This document shows, in pieces, positions 36,017 to 39,838 of a DNA stretch of 39,838 bases; position 1 is the stretch's first letter, and each line of letters starts with the position of its first letter. Made by a program: the position numbers and the translations under genes. The stretch is from positions 1-39,838 of the IMG/VR virus record IMGVR_UViG_3300031260_000020. One strand, given 5' to 3'. The stretch is from a virus. The notes beneath the pieces are model-generated. The model searched no databases. It worked only from the letters and a program-made list of their open reading frames with translations, and was not told the origin of the DNA.

Positions 36017-39000
36017 TCACCCTACCTGAAGTTCTACGCCGCGATCGCGCAGGTTCTTGTATATGAGATCTGCGAATCTTCGGGCGCTCTCGTCATCTTC
36101 TGTGAGAATGTCATTGCCTCTGAACTCGAAGTGGTAGTTGTTTGTGATGTGCTGGCTCGATCCAGCTTGAAAAGTCTGCCCTGTCGAGGATTGTGGCAGC
36201 TCGTAATCTTCCATTCTTTCTGAGATCGAGCGGCCCATGTTTGCCCGCTGATCTTCCGACAACAACGGACTGAATAGACCTCCAATGAACGGAAGTCCGC
36301 TGAGCCAGACAAAGATACCGTCCACAAACAGCACAAGCTGGTCCGCAACGAAAGAGATCGTGGCTCCGAGCCAGCCCAAGGCCTTGAAGAACGGCTGGAG
36401 AATGAGGAGACCCGCACCGAAGAGATTGAATGTCGACGCAAAGACTCTCCCTATACTGATGAGCGCGTCTCCGAGCGGTTTCAAGAGATTGATGATCGGG
36501 CCCAGTATCTCCATCACGCCTGTGAGTATTGTGGTGATCGGGTTGAGCAACATATTGATTGCTTCAAGATTGACAACTTGATTTAGGAGACCCACGGCAA
36601 ACAGTTCACCGGCCGTGGCGAGATTCCCCATCACATCTGTGAGTCCTTCCATGCCTGGTCTCAGGTTTGCGAACACAGAGACCAGCTCGCCTGTATTTTC
36701 GTCTACCTTGAATATCTCCGAAGAGTCACCCACTATCGAACTGCGCTCAATTTTCTTTTTGAGATCATTTAGGGAGTTCCCCAAGTCGCGAGAAATGTTT
36801 CTGAGATAGACTACTCTCTCTGTGTATTCCCCCAATTCTATTTCTCCATTTGTGAATTGTTTTTCTAAGTCACTCATCGCACTATCAAGGAAACTCATTT
36901 GTCGAGATATTCTTTTTATCTCGGTTTCTCCAAAGACGTCGGAAATTGAAGACAAGCGGTCCCGGGTTTCGGCAATTGAAAGGAAGAAACCTTCAAACAC
37001 ATCGTCTGATGGCTTCTCTAACTCCTGAAATTGACTCGTGAGTTTGTCTAATTCGGTAAAAGGTGCGTCAATGTCAAGACCAATTGTTTTAAGCAAGTCT
37101 CCGAGTGCGTTCTTAATCATCCCGAAGTCTTTCTTCGCAGTCTCGGCATAGTCTCCAACTGCACTCGTGAGAGTGTTGAGAATTATATCCCACCATGTAA
37201 GCTGGCCGCCACCAACACTGCCCACATCTATCTGTGTTGCCGTGCCTGTGGCAAATCCTTTGATCTGTTTCTTGAGCCCGGCCAACCCACCAGCCGAGAG
37301 CCCCTGTGCATTGATTGCTTTCAGGAATGGCAACCACTTCTCCGTTGACTTTGCATTGACTACGAACTCGCCATCACTCAACATTGCTGGTATCAGATCA
37401 TCAGTCGGACTGCCTGCACCGGATATGTAACCGCCGCTTGCCATGCCAGCGGTGACCGGCAATCTTTGCCAGAGAAGATCTCTGATTCCAGACAATCTGT
37501 TGGCAATTGCATTTAGATAACTGTTCGCGGCCTGTGCTTCCACGAAGAGATTTTCAAGAGTTATGACTGTTTCTTTCTGAGTAACTGCTTGTTCTTCTGC
37601 GGCTGTGCCCATAACGTCAAACGTCTTTGGATCTCCAACGAAAGATTTTGCAATAACTTCTGGAGTATTCTCAACAAAGAAGTTGACCGCATCGGCGACC
37701 TCGGCAATGTGGGCGAGAAGCTCATCGTTCAGGCTAGACCAATCACCGTTGATTAGATTCTCAAACTCAACCATGAAGTTTGTGAGTAATATCTTAGTAG
37801 CGTCTGGAAGAGTTGAGAGATCCTCACCGCCCGCAATCCAGTTTTGAGTGTTCCCAAAGCCACGGTTCCATGCAATGATCGCATCTCTGAGAGAACCGAA
37901 AGAGTCCATAAGCCAATCAAGCGTTTTCTCAGCTGCAAGAGTGGAGTAAACAGTGTCAGTTGCGGCGGTCTCATAATCCCAGTTTGTGGGGAACCATTTC
38001 TTAGCCTGTTCTATTCCAATAGGCTCGAACTGGAACGCCCCTCTTCCTTCCCCACCTTTTGCACCTATGAGATACTTCGATTCTGCATATGCAAGAGAAG
38101 CAACTACCGTCGGATCAAGCAATGATTGATTGAGTGCATTTATAAGATCAAAGGTCAATTTTTCCATTGCCGGTGTGATTATCGTGGTCGGATCAGAGGA
38201 TATGCCCGAGTAAGCATCTAATTGTTTCGCAGTTGCTATCATTCTATCTATCATGTCGGTAATTTCTTTAGAAAGCGGCGTTGTGCGGATTTCCATACCC
38301 GAGATTGGAAATCCCGCCATTGCGTACATTCCCTCTAGTTCAGGGTATGCCATGCTTTCTTTCTTGAACCTAATAGATTCACCACCACCGGCTGGCACAA
38401 AATTCTCGAACCCACCAGATCCACCACCACCACCACCAGATGGTTTCTTTACTCCGAGACCTAGCAACTCTTGAAGCCAACCGAAGCTGAAAAAAGATTT
38501 GATTCCTTCGAATAACTGATTACCTATTTCAAGCCCGGCCTCATAGATTGTAAGAGCTGTATTTTTCACAGCTTCCCAAACCCAAGCCCCAAAGTCAAGC
38601 ATCTTGTCAAACGGCCACTTTAACCCGGCAAGAATCGTCATGCCTATATATATACCTGAAGCATTGAGCTGATCCAGGAATGTTTCTGTCTTAAGGCCTG
38701 CAATAGTATCTGTGTAGAAGTCACCGAGCGTGTCTTTTAACCATTGATCCCATGAGTCACCAATTCCGGCATCAACAAGCCAATTGCCAAATTCCTTTCC
38801 AGTCTCCCATCCGGCAACAACGAGTGAGACTCCAAGCCCGAGTGTACCACTTTTCGTAATCATCCAAGTAGCAGCTCCGGCTTCAAGCGCCTTCACGGCA
38901 GAATTGACCAGCCCATTAGAAGAAACATCATCACCCAGGATTACATCGCTTATGAGCGCCAGCCCTACCGCAAGTCTCCATGAACCACCGAGAAACTTTG

Positions 39001-39838
39001 TAATCCCGATGACTGCAAGTATACCTAGTGCGTTGTCTATCCAGGACTGATCGAAGTTGTCAACGAATCCACTCACAAGGAACTTCGCTGGGATCTCGAA
39101 TATCTCTTGCGCAAGCTCGACGCCAAGATCAAATTTCTTCGAGATTGATTCAGTCTCTCCGATTTCTTTGATTGTTGCGCTCATCTTCTCAAGTGCCGAG
39201 TTCGTAGTATCAAGATATTTCTGAGAGTCACCACCCAGAAGCCCCGTGAACCCAGCTCCAATCGTGGCAATACTGTTATAGACTTCTTCAGCTAGAAGCT
39301 GAATAGTATTAAGCAAGCCCTTTGTATCTTCGACTTCTGACTTGAATTTCTCAGTCAAGCCAAGCGTCAAGATAGATGCGGTGATTCCAATCACAGGACT
39401 CCCGGTTGCAAGGGTAATAAGGCCACCCCAAGTAATGACGCTGAGAAGTTTTCCTTTGAAAGTCTCAGCTTCATTCTCTCCGAACACTATCTTCGCCGGT
39501 ATCTGAAGAATGTTTGAGCCAAGATCCACAAGCCCCTGCATGAATTCTTTAACATCTGTGGCTTTGGTGAGTTCTTCCCATGAAGCCTTGACGTCACCGA
39601 ACGCCTTCTTTGTATTCTCTCCAAAGTCATCAACATTGATGCCCATACTCTTGAGAACACCATTAATAGCTTCACCAGCTTGTGATACTGTGCCTCTAAT
39701 ACCCAGCCAGTCATGATCCCACGCAACACGAAGAGTGTATAGACCCGCAATCAAGAGTGTGGGCCAAGAAAATATTGTCTTGAACACGCCCACGATCAGG
39801 CCGCCCCCGGTAACAACTATCTGTGAGAGCAAGCTCCA
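36017..39838 (-). CDS. Tail tape measure protein, C-terminal 1271 aa; N-terminus continues at 1..999 across the junction; contains a lytic-transglycosylase-like segment and a Gly-rich linker
   Basis: Frame open to the window edge; segment LAYAESKYLIGAKGGEGRGAFQFEPIG...AWNRGFGN resembles SLT-domain motifs (near 37800-38100); GGGGGSGG linker near 38400; largest gene, after the chaperone frameshift site. Confidence 0.8.
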   Translation of the reverse strand, partial: WSLLSQIVVTGGGLIVGVFKTIFSWPTLLIAGLYTLRVAWDHDWLGIRGTVSQAGEAINGVLKSMGINVDDFGENTKKAFGDVKASWEELTKATDVKEFMQGLVDLGSNILQIPAKIVFGENEAETFKGKLLSVITWGGLITLATGSPVIGITASILTLGLTEKFKSEVEDTKGLLNTIQLLAEEVYNSIATIGAGFTGLLGGDSQKYLDTTNSALEKMSATIKEIGETESISKKFDLGVELAQEIFEIPAKFLVSGFVDNFDQSWIDNALGILAVIGITKFLGGSWRLAVGLALISDVILGDDVSSNGLVNSAVKALEAGAATWMITKSGTLGLGVSLVVAGWETGKEFGNWLVDAGIGDSWDQWLKDTLGDFYTDTIAGLKTETFLDQLNASGIYIGMTILAGLKWPFDKMLDFGAWVWEAVKNTALTIYEAGLEIGNQLFEGIKSFFSFGWLQELLGLGVKKPSGGGGGGSGGFENFVPAGGGESIRFKKESMAYPELEGMYAMAGFPISGMEIRTTPLSKEITDMIDRMIATAKQLDAYSGISSDPTTIITPAMEKLTFDLINALNQSLLDPTVVASLAYAESKYLIGAKGGEGRGAFQFEPIGIEQAKKWFPTNWDYETAATDTVYSTLAAEKTLDWLMDSFGSLRDAIIAWNRGFGNTQNWIAGGEDLSTLPDATKILLTNFMVEFENLINGDWSSLNDELLAHIAEVADAVNFFVENTPEVIAKSFVGDPKTFDVMGTAAEEQAVTQKETVITLENLFVEAQAANSYLNAIANRLSGIRDLLWQRLPVTAGMASGGYISGAGSPTDDLIPAMLSDGEFVVNAKSTEKWLPFLKAINAQGLSAGGLAGLKKQIKGFATGTATQIDVGSVGGGQLTWWDIILNTLTSAVGDYAETAKKDFGMIKNALGDLLKTIGLDIDAPFTELDKLTSQFQELEKPSDDVFEGFFLSIAETRDRLSSISDVFGETEIKRISRQMSFLDSAMSDLEKQFTNGEIELGEYTERVVYLRNISRDLGNSLNDLKKKIERSSIVGDSSEIFKVDENTGELVSVFANLRPGMEGLTDVMGNLATAGELFAVGLLNQVVNLEAINMLLNPITTILTGVMEILGPIINLLKPLGDALISIGRVFASTFNLFGAGLLILQPFFKALGWLGATISFVADQLVLFVDGIFVWLSGLPFIGGLFSPLLSEDQRANMGRSISERMEDYELPQSSTGQTFQAGSSQHITNNYHFEFRGNDILTEDDESARRFADLIYKNLRDRGVELQVG
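39698..39838. repeat. Second copy of the 141-bp terminal repeat
   Basis: Identical to 1..141; implies a unit genome length of about 39697 bp. Confidence 0.9.

Noticed and set aside
1-39838. Search for integrase/recombinase, CRISPR arrays and toxin-antitoxin pairs
   Set aside because: No ORF shows tyrosine or serine recombinase motifs and no repeat-spacer arrays were seen; with all genes on one strand and no integrase the element is not obviously temperate, though a host-encoded integration route cannot be excluded

Overview
The window is a complete, circularly closed (or terminally redundant) tailed-phage genome of about 39.7 kb: positions 1..141 are identical to 39698..39838. Essentially every credible gene is on the minus strand. 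In transcription order (descending coordinates) the modules are: small early genes, recombination/replication (YqaJ-like exonuclease, RecT, replisome organizer, XRE-type HTH, dUTPase, SSB, RusA), an orphan C5 DNA methyltransferase, HNH endonuclease, a tRNA-like gene, small and large terminase, portal, an intein-containing head morphogenesis protein, scaffold, major capsid protein, connector and neck proteins, tail genes, a tail assembly chaperone with a -1 frameshift site, a roughly 1560-aa tape measure protein spanning the window junction, a 1178-aa tail fibre/host-specificity protein, and a lysis cassette (glucosaminidase endolysin, holin-like proteins, metallophosphoesterase). No integrase, CRISPR array or reverse transcriptase was found. 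The most notable feature is a diversity-generating-retroelement-like cassette: a 70-bp template repeat (5009..5078) and a variable repeat (5206..5275) at the 3' end of a 452-aa gene with a C-type-lectin/FGE-like C-terminus, differing at 13 positions that are all adenines in the template, yet with no reverse transcriptase in the genome and an HNH endonuclease gene directly downstream. Other notable items are an intein with a protein-like antisense ORF inside it, a glycosyltransferase in the tail module, and a 150-bp near-identical direct repeat pair. All calls are from reading the sequence and ORF translations; no database search was run. Hand-derived coordinates for non-ORF features may be off by 1-2 nt.
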